Source: an uncultured Planctomycetota bacterium
Lineage (GTDB): Bacteria; Planctomycetota; Planctomycetia; Gemmatales; Gemmataceae
Assembly: GCA_963849325.1 (NCBI GenBank)
Contig: CAWKHF010000002.1
Span: 288,001 to 352,000 of the forward strand
Length of the DNA stretch: 64,000 nucleotides
Direction: 5' to 3'
The notes beneath the pieces were generated by a model. The model did not search any database and was not told the DNA's origin. It was given only the letters and a program-made list of their open reading frames with translations. Shown in pieces: positions 9,801-20,272 of this stretch (its first letter is position 1; each line of letters begins with the position of its first letter). The position numbers and the translations under genes are program-made.

Positions 9801-11144
9801 ATGATGCGCGGTTCGCTGGCCGGGGTTGTGGTTGTGATGGTCCTGCCGGTCGGGACGATGCTTCGAGCGGCCGAAACGGATGCCGTGCAGCGCGGCCGCA
9901 AAGCGCTTCTGGAGAAATGCTACGCCCCTCCCACCATGACGCGCCGTGCTTACGACGAGGTGTGGAAGCAGTGGGGGCTGAAGGAGAAGCCGGCCGCGGA
10001 CGACTACGATCGCCTGTACCGCGAACGCTACGGCCTGCACGAGGCGCCTTATCCCAACGGCGGCCTGCCGATGGGTCTGCGGCCTGCGTCCCTGCCTTTC
10101 GGCCTGGGCAAGGGCATCGCCATGGATTGCATGGTCTGCCACGCCGGCTCTCTCGCCGGCAAGTCCTACGTCGGCCTGGGCAACGCGACCCTCGACTACC
10201 AGGCGTTTTACGAGGAAATGTCCGCCGCCGACGGCCGTGCTCCCCGCACGCCCTTCCGCTTCTGCAACGTCCGCGGCACCAACGAGGCCGGAGCGATGGC
10301 CGTCTACCTGCTCGGCTACCGCGAGCCGAACCTCGACCGCCGTTTTCAACGCCTCGACCTCGGCCTGCAAGACGATCTGTGCGAAGACGTGCCCGCCTGG
10401 TGGCTGCTCAAAAAGAAAAAGACCATGTATCAAACCGGCGGCGCCGACGCTCGCTCCGTCCGTTCGCTCATGCAGTTCATGATGAGTCCGCTCAACTCCG
10501 CCTTGGACATCTACAAGGCGGAGGGCCACTTCAAGGACATCCGCGCCTTCCTGTTGACGCTGACGCCGCCGAAATACCCGCTGTCGATCGATCGTCGCCT
10601 GGCCGACCGCGGCGAGGAGCTGTTTCGGACCAACTGCGCCCACTGCCACGGCACCTACGGCGAGAAATGGACCTATCCGAACAAGGTCGTTTCCATCGAC
10701 AAGATTGGCACCGACCGCCACCGCTTCGACGGCATCACGTCCAAGTTCGGCGACTACTACGCCCGCAGCTGGTTCAACCAGGACTATCCCATTCGGCAGA
10801 CTGAGGGCTACCAGGCGCCGCCGCTGGACGGCGTCTGGGCGACCGCTCCCTACTTCCACAACGGCTCGGCGCCGACTGTCTATCACGTCCTCAACTCGAA
10901 GGCCCGGCCAAAGATTTTCACGCGCTCCTATCGCACCGACCTCGACGCCTACGACACCGAGAAACTCGGCTGGAAGGTCGAGGTGCTGTCCCGCTCTCCC
11001 GACCCCAAGGGACTGCCGCCAATCGAGTATCGCAAGATTTACGACACGACGCGCCCCGGTCGCGGCAACGGCGGGCACACTTACGGCGACCAGCTGAGCG
11101 ACGACGAGCGCATGGCAGTGATTGAGTATCTGAAAACGCTGTGA
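9801..11144 (+). CDS. Secreted di-heme c-type cytochrome (RoxA/CcP-MauG-like motif)
   Basis: Signal peptide; CMVCH and CAHCH; PLDGVWATAPYFHNGSAP; GNGGH. Confidence 0.88.
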   Translation: MMRGSLAGVVVVMVLPVGTMLRAAETDAVQRGRKALLEKCYAPPTMTRRAYDEVWKQWGLKEKPAADDYDRLYRERYGLHEAPYPNGGLPMGLRPASLPFGLGKGIAMDCMVCHAGSLAGKSYVGLGNATLDYQAFYEEMSAADGRAPRTPFRFCNVRGTNEAGAMAVYLLGYREPNLDRRFQRLDLGLQDDLCEDVPAWWLLKKKKTMYQTGGADARSVRSLMQFMMSPLNSALDIYKAEGHFKDIRAFLLTLTPPKYPLSIDRRLADRGEELFRTNCAHCHGTYGEKWTYPNKVVSIDKIGTDRHRFDGITSKFGDYYARSWFNQDYPIRQTEGYQAPPLDGVWATAPYFHNGSAPTVYHVLNSKARPKIFTRSYRTDLDAYDTEKLGWKVEVLSRSPDPKGLPPIEYRKIYDTTRPGRGNGGHTYGDQLSDDERMAVIEYLKTL

Positions 11145-11149
11145 TAAAG

Positions 11150-11230
11150 CGCCGTTTACAAGCCCGGAGCGCCAGCGACGGGTCGCAGTCGCAGCGACCT
11201 GTCGCTGGCGCTCCGGGCTTGTAAACGGCG
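11150..11230. repeat. REP-like palindrome family C, likely terminator
   Basis: CGCCGTTTACAAGCCCGGAGCGCCAGCGAC...GTCGCTGGCGCTCCGGGCTTGTAAACGGCG. Confidence 0.85.
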
Positions 11231-11313
11231 TCGTCCCGGCAAATATTTGTGGCGGACTGTCTCCCCGCGCGGAAACTATAAGGGGCCGCCCACGCGGCGA
11301 GGAGACAGCGCGC

Positions 11314-13182
11314 ATGAGAGAACACCCCTTACACGCGGCCGTCCGGCACATCCGCGGTCTGGCCGCCATCCCATCTGACGGTGAAACGAGCGATCAGGAA
11401 CTCTTGCGGCGCTTCACGAGCCGGCACGACGAGACCGCGTTCGCGGCGTTGATGCGGCGGCACGAGCCGATGGTGCGGGGAGTCGCTCGTCGATTGCTCG
11501 GACAGGAATCCAACGTCGATGACGTTTTCCAGACGGTATTTCTGGTCCTGGCGTGCAAGGCGCACTCCGTTCGCAAGCATCGGTCTCTGGCCGGCTGGCT
11601 TTACGGCATCGCCTGGCGTACTGCCCTGCGCGCCCGCCGCGACGCGGCGAGACGGAAGGACCGCGAGGGCAGGGCAGTCGCACGAGAGCCGAGCGACACC
11701 GCCCGCGATTCCGCCTGGCGAGAGCTGTGCGCGGTGCTCGATACGGAATTGTACCGACTGCCCGAGAGCGAACGGTCGGCCCTGGTGCTGTGCTATCTGC
11801 AAGGGCGTACGCGAGACGAGGCCGCTCACCAGCTCGATCTGTCCGTGCGTACGCTCGACCGCCGACTCCAGTGCGGACGCGAACGGCTGCGTCTGCAGCT
11901 CGCTCGTCGAGGAATTACCTTGTCCGCCGCCTTGCTGGCACTCGGGCTGACGCGGGGCATCGCCGGGGCGACAACCACGGCGAAGCTGGGGACGATCACG
12001 GCCAGGGCCGCGGCCAATATTCTCAGCGGGCGACAGGCGGTTGCGCCCGAGGTTTCGCGGGAAGTCGTCGCCCTGATGAAAGGAGTGCTGCAAAACATGC
12101 TACAGACACGGATCAAGTTCGTCGCCGTCTCGTTCCTAGCGTTGACTCTGCTGGGGACCGCCGCAGGTGTTCTCGCCTTCCGGGCGGCGGCGCAGGACAC
12201 GGCGACGCCCGGTCAACAACCTTCGCCGCCCGCTGCCGTGCGCACCGACGATCCGAAATCTGCCGAGCCGGCGCCGGTCCCCTACGCCATCCTTTTGATT
12301 GAGGATGCGGAACCTCGTTTGTTGCCCGACGCCCGGCAGGCCATTGTTCCGCGGGAGAGCAACCCTTCCGCCTATCGGCAGAGGCAAGCCTTCCTTCTCC
12401 CAAGCCGCTCGACGATTCGGGCCGCCCTGCGGAGAGATGAGGTCAAACGCCTGGAGATGCTCAAGGGAAAGACAAATCTCGCGAGCTGGCTGGAACGGCA
12501 CATCAAGGCGGTTCTCCTGGAGAATACGGGCTTGCTGCACGTTTACTTCGTCGGCGAAGGTAGTCTGGAGGAAAGGGTGATCCTCATCAATGCACTTGTC
12601 TCGTCGTACATGGATGAGTTTGTCTATGAGGAAAAGAGGGCGAAGGAGACACGATTGGTGGAGATGGAAAAAGTACTCGAAATCAGCGAAGGGCGCCTGA
12701 AAGAGAAACGAGCCAAGCTCTTGCAGATGTCCCGAATTCGACCGGGCACCTCCTCTTCCCTTCAGCGGCAACTCGCCCGCGAAGACCTTTCTCAATTCCG
12801 CAAGGAGTTAATGCGGGTGAGCCTGGCGAAAGTCGCAGCCGAAGCGCGTCTCCAGCACCGCAAGAGGGAGGCCGGAGAAGGAGTCGGCAAGGCGGCCTTC
12901 GCCGAACTGAACGAAGAAATCGCCGTCCTGGCGGCGCAGGAGAAGCTGCTGGAAGCGCGGACGCAAAAGATGATCTCTTCTCTGGCAAAGCAGGAGGATC
13001 TCATCACCGACGCCGAAGCGGACGAGAGAGAGCGACTGCGATCACTACGCGAAGAGATCGCCGCCGAGGAGGAATTCAACAAGGATCTGGCGAGGCGGGT
13101 AAGGAGCTACCAGGTGGAATTGCGGGCCGCGCCGCGAGTTCGCATTTTGCAGCGAGCGGAGGCCGGCCCGAAAGAGAAGTGA
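11314..13182 (+). CDS. ECF sigma-70 factor with TM helix and long C-terminal extension
   Basis: SDQELLRRF..DETAFAALMRRH, DDVFQTVFLVL, LAGWLYGIA, LVLCYLQG; TM at about aa 270-290; coiled-coil C-terminus. Confidence 0.9.
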   Translation: MREHPLHAAVRHIRGLAAIPSDGETSDQELLRRFTSRHDETAFAALMRRHEPMVRGVARRLLGQESNVDDVFQTVFLVLACKAHSVRKHRSLAGWLYGIAWRTALRARRDAARRKDREGRAVAREPSDTARDSAWRELCAVLDTELYRLPESERSALVLCYLQGRTRDEAAHQLDLSVRTLDRRLQCGRERLRLQLARRGITLSAALLALGLTRGIAGATTTAKLGTITARAAANILSGRQAVAPEVSREVVALMKGVLQNMLQTRIKFVAVSFLALTLLGTAAGVLAFRAAAQDTATPGQQPSPPAAVRTDDPKSAEPAPVPYAILLIEDAEPRLLPDARQAIVPRESNPSAYRQRQAFLLPSRSTIRAALRRDEVKRLEMLKGKTNLASWLERHIKAVLLENTGLLHVYFVGEGSLEERVILINALVSSYMDEFVYEEKRAKETRLVEMEKVLEISEGRLKEKRAKLLQMSRIRPGTSSSLQRQLAREDLSQFRKELMRVSLAKVAAEARLQHRKREAGEGVGKAAFAELNEEIAVLAAQEKLLEARTQKMISSLAKQEDLITDAEADERERLRSLREEIAAEEEFNKDLARRVRSYQVELRAAPRVRILQRAEAGPKEK

Positions 13183-13222
13183 GGAGATCAATCTCCTGAG
13201 CAGGGGGCTGACGCCCCCCCGC

Positions 13223-14245
13223 TCAGGAGGTTGCGGTCAGTTCGCGGTTGCACAAGATCGTGTAGCCGCGATGCTGCATCGCTCCGACATGCTCGAACGT
13301 CTCCATCATCCACTCCGCGACTTCGTTGGGCTGCTTCGTCACTAGATAAAAGCGGCCGTCCGCCTTCAGCAGTGTACCCGCACGTTCGATAAACAGGCGA
13401 GCGATCGCGCTGTTGGCGTAGTAGGGGGGATTGGCCAGCACGACGTCAAAGTGCTTCTCGTTGAAGCCGTCCACCCGGCTCGACGCCACGGCCTGGAACG
13501 CGGCGACGCCGTTTTCGCGTGCATTGATGTCGGCCAGGGCGACGGCGCGGACGTTGCTATCGACAAAGGTGATGTGTCCTTCCGCCCCGGCGTGCTGCGC
13601 GGCGAAGATACCGTTGGTGCCGCAGCCGCAGCCGATGTCCAGGACGCGATCGCCGGGCCGCACGTCCATCGTCTCCGCCAGCGCCCGTGCTCCGTTGTCG
13701 AAGCGGCCGTAGGAGAAGACGCCGGGACGCGACAGGAACCGGCACGACGGCCCGCCGCCAACGCGGGCCTGGAAGGCGACTTCATGCCGGCGCCGCGGCC
13801 GATCGCCTTCGCGCTGGCACCACAGGACCGTATCGCTCCCGAGATTCGGGGCGTGGACGCGGCCGAAGATCTTCTTGAGCAGGGCCGGGAAAAACGGGTC
13901 CGCCTCGTAGGGCGACCAGACGACGAGGGTGCCGTGCGGCCGGAGGACGTGGAACGCTTGCTCGATCATGTCGATCTTCAGCTCGCGTTCGCCGCGGCGC
14001 GGCGGCAGATAGAGCACCGTTTGAAAATCGGCCGGCAGATCCCACAGGTCCGCCGCCGTCACTACTTGCGCCGGACATTGCCGCTCGGTTAACTCCGCTT
14101 GCAGCCTTTCGGCCTGATGCAGATCCATCTGGTAGCAGACGGCCTCGATGCCGTTCAGAGCGTTCAGGCAGTGGGCCGTCTCGGCGGGCGAGCCGAGCAC
14201 GACGGCCAACGGCGGACGCGCCTTGGCGCGCACCAGGTCCGGCAC
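13223..14245 (-). CDS. Class I SAM-dependent methyltransferase (RsmC/MTS-like)
   Basis: SRPGVFSYGRFDNG, VLDIGCGCG, LANPPY. Confidence 0.85.
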   Translation of the reverse strand: MPDLVRAKARPPLAVVLGSPAETAHCLNALNGIEAVCYQMDLHQAERLQAELTERQCPAQVVTAADLWDLPADFQTVLYLPPRRGERELKIDMIEQAFHVLRPHGTLVVWSPYEADPFFPALLKKIFGRVHAPNLGSDTVLWCQREGDRPRRRHEVAFQARVGGGPSCRFLSRPGVFSYGRFDNGARALAETMDVRPGDRVLDIGCGCGTNGIFAAQHAGAEGHITFVDSNVRAVALADINARENGVAAFQAVASSRVDGFNEKHFDVVLANPPYYANSAIARLFIERAGTLLKADGRFYLVTKQPNEVAEWMMETFEHVGAMQHRGYTILCNRELTATS

Positions 14246-14309
14246 GGTTCGCTGGCTTCAGCGGCGCCTCTTTCTGTCTCCGGGACATGCTGCCCTCCGC
14301 GCTCGTCCT

Positions 14310-15312
14310 TCAAATCCGCATCTCGACCACGGCCTGCCAGCGGCCGCCCGGCGACAGCACCTGCCAACCGGCATCGACGCCGCGGGCTTGCAGGTTGATG
14401 GCGTCGCTGACGCAGGTGTACGGTTCGACGCAGAACGCCTGCCGGTGCGGCGGTGTGAAAACGACCAATTCGCGGAACTCCGGCCCGGCGCAGAGACGCA
14501 GCGTCGTCCCGGTCGCTCCCTCCAGCGCCGCCCGTTCCGGCATCTTCCCTGTCGCCGGCGGCAGGTCGGTCAGCACCGTATCGACGCTCAACTCGCCGAA
14601 GCGCCGCGGCCGGTTGAGATCGCAGGACACATCGACCGGCCGCCGTTCGCCGGTCGGCAGCGAGTCCTCCAGTTTCCACACGGAGCGCGCTGGCACCGTC
14701 AACCGGCACTCGTCCGCCGTGCCGGTCGAGGTGAACGGCATGCGGAAGTAGGGATGATAACCCAATCCGAATGGCATCCCTACGCGATCCGGATTGTACA
14801 CTTCTGCCTCCAGGCGCAGCGAACCGGCGCCAAGCCGATAGGTGAGCCGAATTTCGTGGTCTGTCGGCCAAAGCGACCGGCTGTCGGGCGCATCCTGGGA
14901 GCAGCGGAACACTCCCGTAATCCAGGCGCTCGTTGCGTCGGACCCCTGGTCCACGACACGCCAGGGGTGATGGCAGGCGAAGCCGTGGATGGTGTTCTTC
15001 TTCGCCGGATCGTTCAACGGCAGCTGATAGGCGTGTCCGTCCCAGATGAAGCGGCCATCGCGGATGCGGTTGGGGAAGGGGAACAGCACCGGGATGCCGC
15101 TGCGCAGTCGGTCGGCCGTCTTGGAAGAGGTCGGGGGTCTGGTACAGCAGTTCCAGCGACTGGCCGCCGCGCCGCACCTGCCAGCGATAACAGTTGAAAC
15201 CGAGCGCCGGCCAGACCTCGGCCTGGCCGCCCGCGCCATCCTCCAGGACGTATACCGTCGCGTCGAGGCTGCGGACGTCGGGATGGGGCCGGGCATGAAC
15301 GGCGAAGGACAT
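14310..15312 (-). CDS. Aldose 1-epimerase family protein (frameshifted near 15110)
   Basis: GIPVLFPFPNRI, NTIHGF, GLGYHPYF, FCVEPYT; N-terminus MSFAVHAR in another frame. Confidence 0.88.
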
Positions 15313-15473
15313 GGAAAACGTCTCCCCATTTCGGGCGATACCTCGTATCGTAGACGCGGCGCGGAACTTGTCGAGGCAAGCGGTCGCCGACAGCCCGACG
15401 CTTGTCAAGCGTCCCGCACTCGGCTACCATGAGGCATGGTATTACAAAGTATGTCTTTTTTGAGGGCGTCTCC

Positions 15474-16474
15474 ATGACGAAGCGACGCGCGGCGGGTGCG
15501 TGGATGGTCGGGACGGCAGTGGTACTGGCAGGAGGTCTGTGCGGCTGCGCCGCTCGACGCCGGCGTGGCTGGGCCGTGGCGGGCCGCCGCACGTCGTCGT
15601 CACCATCCCGGCCCTGGACAATTTCGTCCGCAACGTCGGCGGCGATCACGTCGGTGTCGTCTGCCTGTGTACGAACAAGGGGCCGCACCACTACGAGTAC
15701 AATCCGCAGGACGCCATGGTCCTGCGCGACGCCGACCTGTTCTTCGCCATCGGTCTGACGCTCGACGACAAGTTCGCCGATCCGATGCAGGTCGAGAGCC
15801 ACAACGCCCGCCTGCGCTACGTCAAGCTCGGCGAGCGCCTGCCGGAGAAGCTGCTTCGCAAGGGCGAAGAACATGAGGACAAGGAGGAGGCCAAACACGA
15901 GCACGGCCACGAACACGGCGAACACGACCCGCATGTCTGGCTCGGCATCGAGCAAGCCATCGCCCTGGTTGAGATGATCCGCGACGAGCTGAAAGCCGTC
16001 GATACTAACGCCAGCCACGCCGACGACTACGACAAGAACGCCGCCGCCTACATCAAAAAGCTGAAGGATCTGCACGCCTACGGCAAGGACAAGTTCAAGG
16101 ACAAGAAGGACCGCAATCTCATCGCCTTCCACGAATCGCTGGGCTACTTCGCCCAAAGTTTCGGCCTGACCATCGTGGACGCCATCGAGGTGGCGCCCGG
16201 CCACGAGCCGCCTCCGGGGCACCTGACGAAGCTGGTCGAGAAGTGCAAGGAGAAAAACGTCCGCATCATCGCCGTCGAACCGCAGTACCCCAAGGGCACG
16301 TCGGCGGAAGTGCTGCAAAAAGAGGTGAAGGGTCTGGAGTTCGTGGTGGTCGATCCGCTGGAGACGGTCGAGCGCGCGGACCTCAAGGAAGATGAAAAGG
16401 AGTTGAAGAGTAAGGATTGGTACAAGGACAAAATGAAGCAGAACATCGACGCCCTGGCGAAGGGCTTGCCATGA
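15474..16474 (+). CDS. znuA: Zn/Mn ABC transporter substrate-binding lipoprotein (5' frameshift)
   Basis: GPHHYE, His/Glu-rich loop HEHGHEHGEHDPHVWL, FHESLGYF, VDPLE; lipobox-like LCGC. Confidence 0.8.
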
Positions 16475-17235
16475 CTCCCGACCTGGTGACCATCAAGGAT
16501 CTGCGCGTCACGCTGGGCGGCAACCCGATCTTGCGGGGCGTCAACGCGGCGCTGGCGCGGCGCAGCATCACGGCGCTGATCGGTCTCAATGGGGCCGGCA
16601 AAAGCACGCTGCTGCGGGCGCTGGTCAAGGAAGTGCCGTACACCGGCCGCATCGAGTTCCACTGCGGCCACGACCACAGTCGGCCCAACCCCGACCACGT
16701 CGGCTACGTGCCGCAGAAGCTGCGCATCGAGGCCAACCTGCCGCTGACCGTGTACGACCTGTTCGGCATGGCCCTGCAGCGCCGTCCGCTGTTCCTCGGC
16801 GCCAGCCGGCGCGTGCGCGAGCGCATGATGCATCTGCTCGGGCGCGTCAATGCGTTGGAGCTACTGCACAAGCCGGTGGAGAAGCTGTCGGGCGGCGAAC
16901 TTCAGCGCGTGCTCCTGGCCCTGGCGATGGAGCCGCACCCGGAACTGCTGCTGCTCGACGAGCCGGCCGCCGGCATCGACTTCAAGGAAGGAGAGAAGTT
17001 CTACGACCTGATCGCCAGCCTCAACCGCGAGACGGGGGCGACGATCCTGCTGGTGTCGCACGATACGAACGTGGTGGACCGCATGGCCCATCACGTTCTC
17101 TGTCTGAAGGATGGCCGCATCGCCTGCCAGGGTCCGCCGCGCGAGATCATCAGCGAGGCGATGCTCGAACAAATCTTCGGCAGCCGCAAGGGTTTTTACG
17201 ACCACCATCACCCCCATCCGCATCCCGAGACGTGA
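16471..17235 (+). CDS. znuC: Metal ABC transporter ATP-binding protein
   Basis: GLNGAGKST, GYVPQK, LSGGELQR, LLLDEP, VSHD; His-rich tail; ATGA overlap with znuA. Confidence 0.85.
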   Translation: MTPDLVTIKDLRVTLGGNPILRGVNAALARRSITALIGLNGAGKSTLLRALVKEVPYTGRIEFHCGHDHSRPNPDHVGYVPQKLRIEANLPLTVYDLFGMALQRRPLFLGASRRVRERMMHLLGRVNALELLHKPVEKLSGGELQRVLLALAMEPHPELLLLDEPAAGIDFKEGEKFYDLIASLNRETGATILLVSHDTNVVDRMAHHVLCLKDGRIACQGPPREIISEAMLEQIFGSRKGFYDHHHPHPHPET

Positions 17236-17253
17236 ATGTCCGCGAGCGACTGT

Positions 17254-17459
17254 TCACAAGTCCGCGTCGGTGAGGCCGGCTTCCCGCATGATGCTTCGCT
17301 GCGTGCCGGCCTTGAGGGGTCGCGCGTATGGATCGGCACGGGGATCGGTCTTCGCGCTCCTGCCCGGTTGTAGATGTGGTGACTGCCGCGAATCCGAGCG
17401 AGCGTCCAGCCGTGGCGCTCCAACACGCGGCACATCTCCAGGCCGCTGACGTGTTTCAT
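17254..17459 (-). CDS. hicA: HicA family toxin (frameshifted)
   Basis: LERHGWTLARIRGSHHIY..IPVPIH, continuing as LKAGTQRSIMREAGL in another frame. Confidence 0.88.
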
Positions 17460-17671
17460 ACTTCCAAGACCTCGGTGCGGCCGCCGGGTTCGTTGTTCGA
17501 CTCTTCAACCGGCATGTCCTGCATCACCTCCAACACGCCCTCCAGCGCCTCCCGAATATTGGCCCGTACTTCCTCCAGGGTTTCGCCTTCGGAGACGCAG
17601 CCAGGGAAGCCGGGCACTTCCGCCCAAAAACCGCCCTCTTCCGCATCGTGGATAATGACTTTGAGCTTCAT
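17456..17671 (-). CDS. hicB: HicB family antitoxin (short form)
   Basis: MKLKVIIHDAEEGGFWAEVPGFPGCVSEGETLEEVRANIREAL; ATGA overlap with hicA. Confidence 0.9.
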   Translation of the reverse strand: MKLKVIIHDAEEGGFWAEVPGFPGCVSEGETLEEVRANIREALEGVLEVMQDMPVEESNNEPGGRTEVLEV

Positions 17672-17813
17672 GGGACTTTCCTCCAGGTAGCCTGCGTTTA
17701 GCATACCGCGCCTGCCGGCTTCGGCGCAGTACACGACAGTTTTCTTTGTCAACCCGTGAGAAATCCGCGCTGCCGTGGCATCATAAGAGAGAAGCGACCT
17801 CCGAGGGCCACGC

Positions 17814-18317
17814 ATGCGGACGATGGATCCGACGCTCCTGGGACGGCTGTACCGCCGGCACGCGCCGGCCCTGCGCCTTTACGCCCGCCAATGGGGCGGC
17901 GGCGCGGAAGACCTCGTGCAAGAAGCGTTCATCCGTCTCTCGCGGCAGACGCCGCCGCCGGAGCAGGTGCTGCCCTGGATGTACCGCGTGGTGCGCAATG
18001 AGGCGCGGATCGCTCACCGCAGCGCCTCGCGCCGTCGCCGCCGCGAGCAACGCGCCAGCGCGCCCGAGGCATGGTTCAGCACGGCCGAGGACCGCCTGGA
18101 CGCCGGCGAGGCGACGCGCCTGCTGGCGGAACTGCCGCTGGAGTTGCGTGAGGTGATCGTCGCCCGCCTGTGGGGCGGTCTGACGTTCGAGGAAATCGCC
18201 CGGTTGATTGGCTGTTCGCTGCCGACGGCGCACCGCCGCTATCACACGGGACTGACACAACTGCGCGAGAGGCTGGAAGGTTCATGGACCAACACCCCCA
18301 CCGCCCCGACGAACTGA
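17814..18317 (+). CDS. ECF sigma-70 factor
   Basis: LRLYARQW..AEDLVQEAF, WMYRVVRN, REVIVARLWGGLTFEEIA. Confidence 0.9.
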   Translation: MRTMDPTLLGRLYRRHAPALRLYARQWGGGAEDLVQEAFIRLSRQTPPPEQVLPWMYRVVRNEARIAHRSASRRRRREQRASAPEAWFSTAEDRLDAGEATRLLAELPLELREVIVARLWGGLTFEEIARLIGCSLPTAHRRYHTGLTQLRERLEGSWTNTPTAPTN

Positions 18318-18769
18318 GTGAGCTGGAGCGCCGCCTGTCCGCCTGGGCGCCGGCCGATGCTGGCCTGAACGCCGATGCCGTGCTGTTCGCCGCCGGTCGC
18401 GCCTCCGCTCGTCCCGGCCTGTCCCGCTTCGTCTGGCCGGCGCTGACGACGTGTATGACCCTACTGGCCCTTGTCCTGGGTGTCTGTCTGATCGCCGAGC
18501 GAAGCGAGCGCCTGGACCTCGCTCGGCAACTCCGTCCCCAACCTTCCGTCCCCGCACCGCCCGCGCCTTCTCTCGACGTTGACCGGGTGGAGAGGCCAAG
18601 CCCGGACGAACCGCCGCCGGATAGTTACCTCGCCAGCCACCGAGCGCTCGAGAAGGGACTCGACGCCTGGCCGATCCAGGCCGTGGTTCGCGTCGAAACA
18701 TCCGGCCCACTGCGGCCCAGTCCCGCCGTCCTCCAGGCCGGACATCGGGACGTTCTGCTCGATCCATAA
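18284..18769 (+). CDS. Putative single-pass anti-sigma factor
   Basis: Overlaps the sigma gene 3' end; ELERRLSAW..DAVLFAAGRAS followed by one TM helix. Confidence 0.6.
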   Translation: MDQHPHRPDELSELERRLSAWAPADAGLNADAVLFAAGRASARPGLSRFVWPALTTCMTLLALVLGVCLIAERSERLDLARQLRPQPSVPAPPAPSLDVDRVERPSPDEPPPDSYLASHRALEKGLDAWPIQAVVRVETSGPLRPSPAVLQAGHRDVLLDP

Positions 18770-18801
18770 ATCCTCTGTTTTCGCTTCAGGAGATTGGAAC
18801 G

Positions 18802-20264
18802 ATGAAACGGTTGCGCCGATGGTCCGCCCTCGCCGGGTTGTTCCTGTTCGCCGGATCGCTCGCCGCCCTGCGCGGACAGACGCCGCCGGCGGCGAAGAAA
18901 GCGGACGACAAGCCAGCGGAGAAATGGCTCCTCGATCGCTCGCTCTCCGTCTCGCCGGCATCCGCCCCGATACCGGCCCTCAAATATCGTCTATTTCCGA
19001 TGACCTCCGAACGCAAGGAAGGCAACGCCGTCCCGATCTACCTGCGCTTCGCCCACGAACGCAGCGATGAGCGGAAGAAACTCCTCCGGGAGAAGCCGGA
19101 AGAGTGGAACAAGCTGCCGCTGGACAAGCTGCCCCTGGACGAGGTCAAGAAGTTCCTGGACGGCTACAGGTACAACCTCCGTCAGTTCGACCTGGGAGCG
19201 CGGCGTAGGAGCGCCGACTGGAATTACACCTTCGACGCCGGCGACCCCATCGGCATCCTGCTACCCGACGTTCAGGAGATGCGGATGCAGGCGCCGCTGT
19301 TGGTTCTCAAGGCGCGGGTGGAGATCGCCGAGCGCCGCTACGCCGACGCGGTTCGCACGCTGGAGACGGGTTTTTCCTTCAGCCAGCAGATCAGCGCGGC
19401 GCCGTTCCTCATCAGCGACCTCGTCGGCATCGCCGTGGCGAGACAATTCAACGATTGCCTGCTGGAGTTGATGGAACGCCCCGACGCGCCGAATCTCTAC
19501 TGGGCGCTGACGGTGCTGCCGCGGCCGCTCATCGATCTGCGCAAGGCCAACGAGTTCGAGCAGAGACTTCTGGAGATGCAGTTGCCCGACCTGGCCGAGA
19601 TCGCCCGGCCGCATGCCCCTGGAGAATGGGACGCCATGCTCCGGCGTGTCCGCCTGGAGATCGAACGCATCAGCAAATTCGACCGCGACTTTGTGATGAA
19701 GCCCGGCACCGGGCCAGACGACCCGGCGAGCAAATCGCCGGACCTGCCCGCGGCGCGAAATACCTGACCGAAACCGTCCGCCTGCCAGCGGACAAAGTGC
19801 AGGCGATGTCACCCTCTCAGGTACTGTTGCTATATCAGTCGAACCTTTACCATGAATACCGCGATGAGGTGTTCAAGGCTTCGTATCTGCCGTTTTCCCA
19901 GGCCCATCGGCTGTCCAAGGAGACGGATCGGCGCTTGAAGTCCGCGCCCGACACCGAAGCGGGGCGGCTGACCCGTCTGTTCCTACCGGCCCTGACCAAG
20001 GTTGAACTGGCCCAGGTGCGCATCGAGCGCAAGCTGGCAGCCTTGCGGGTGATCGAAGCGTTGCGGATGCACGCCGCCGCCCACGACGGCCAACTGCCCG
20101 ACAAGCTCGATGAGGTTGCCATCGCGCCCGTGCCTAACGATCCGGGCACCGGCCGGCCGTTCGAGTATCGCCGCGATGGCCAGACGGCCACGCTCCTCAG
20201 CCGCATTCCCGGCGAGTCGCTGGAGATGACCGGCCTGCGCTACCGGGTGACGATACGGAAGTGA
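18802..20264 (+). CDS. Secreted helical hypothetical protein (frameshifted near 19760)
   Basis: Signal peptide; PALKYRLFP..GNA; C-terminal IEALRMHAAAHDGQLP..DPGTGRPFEY. Confidence 0.75.
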
Positions 20265-20272
20265 GTGCGGTG

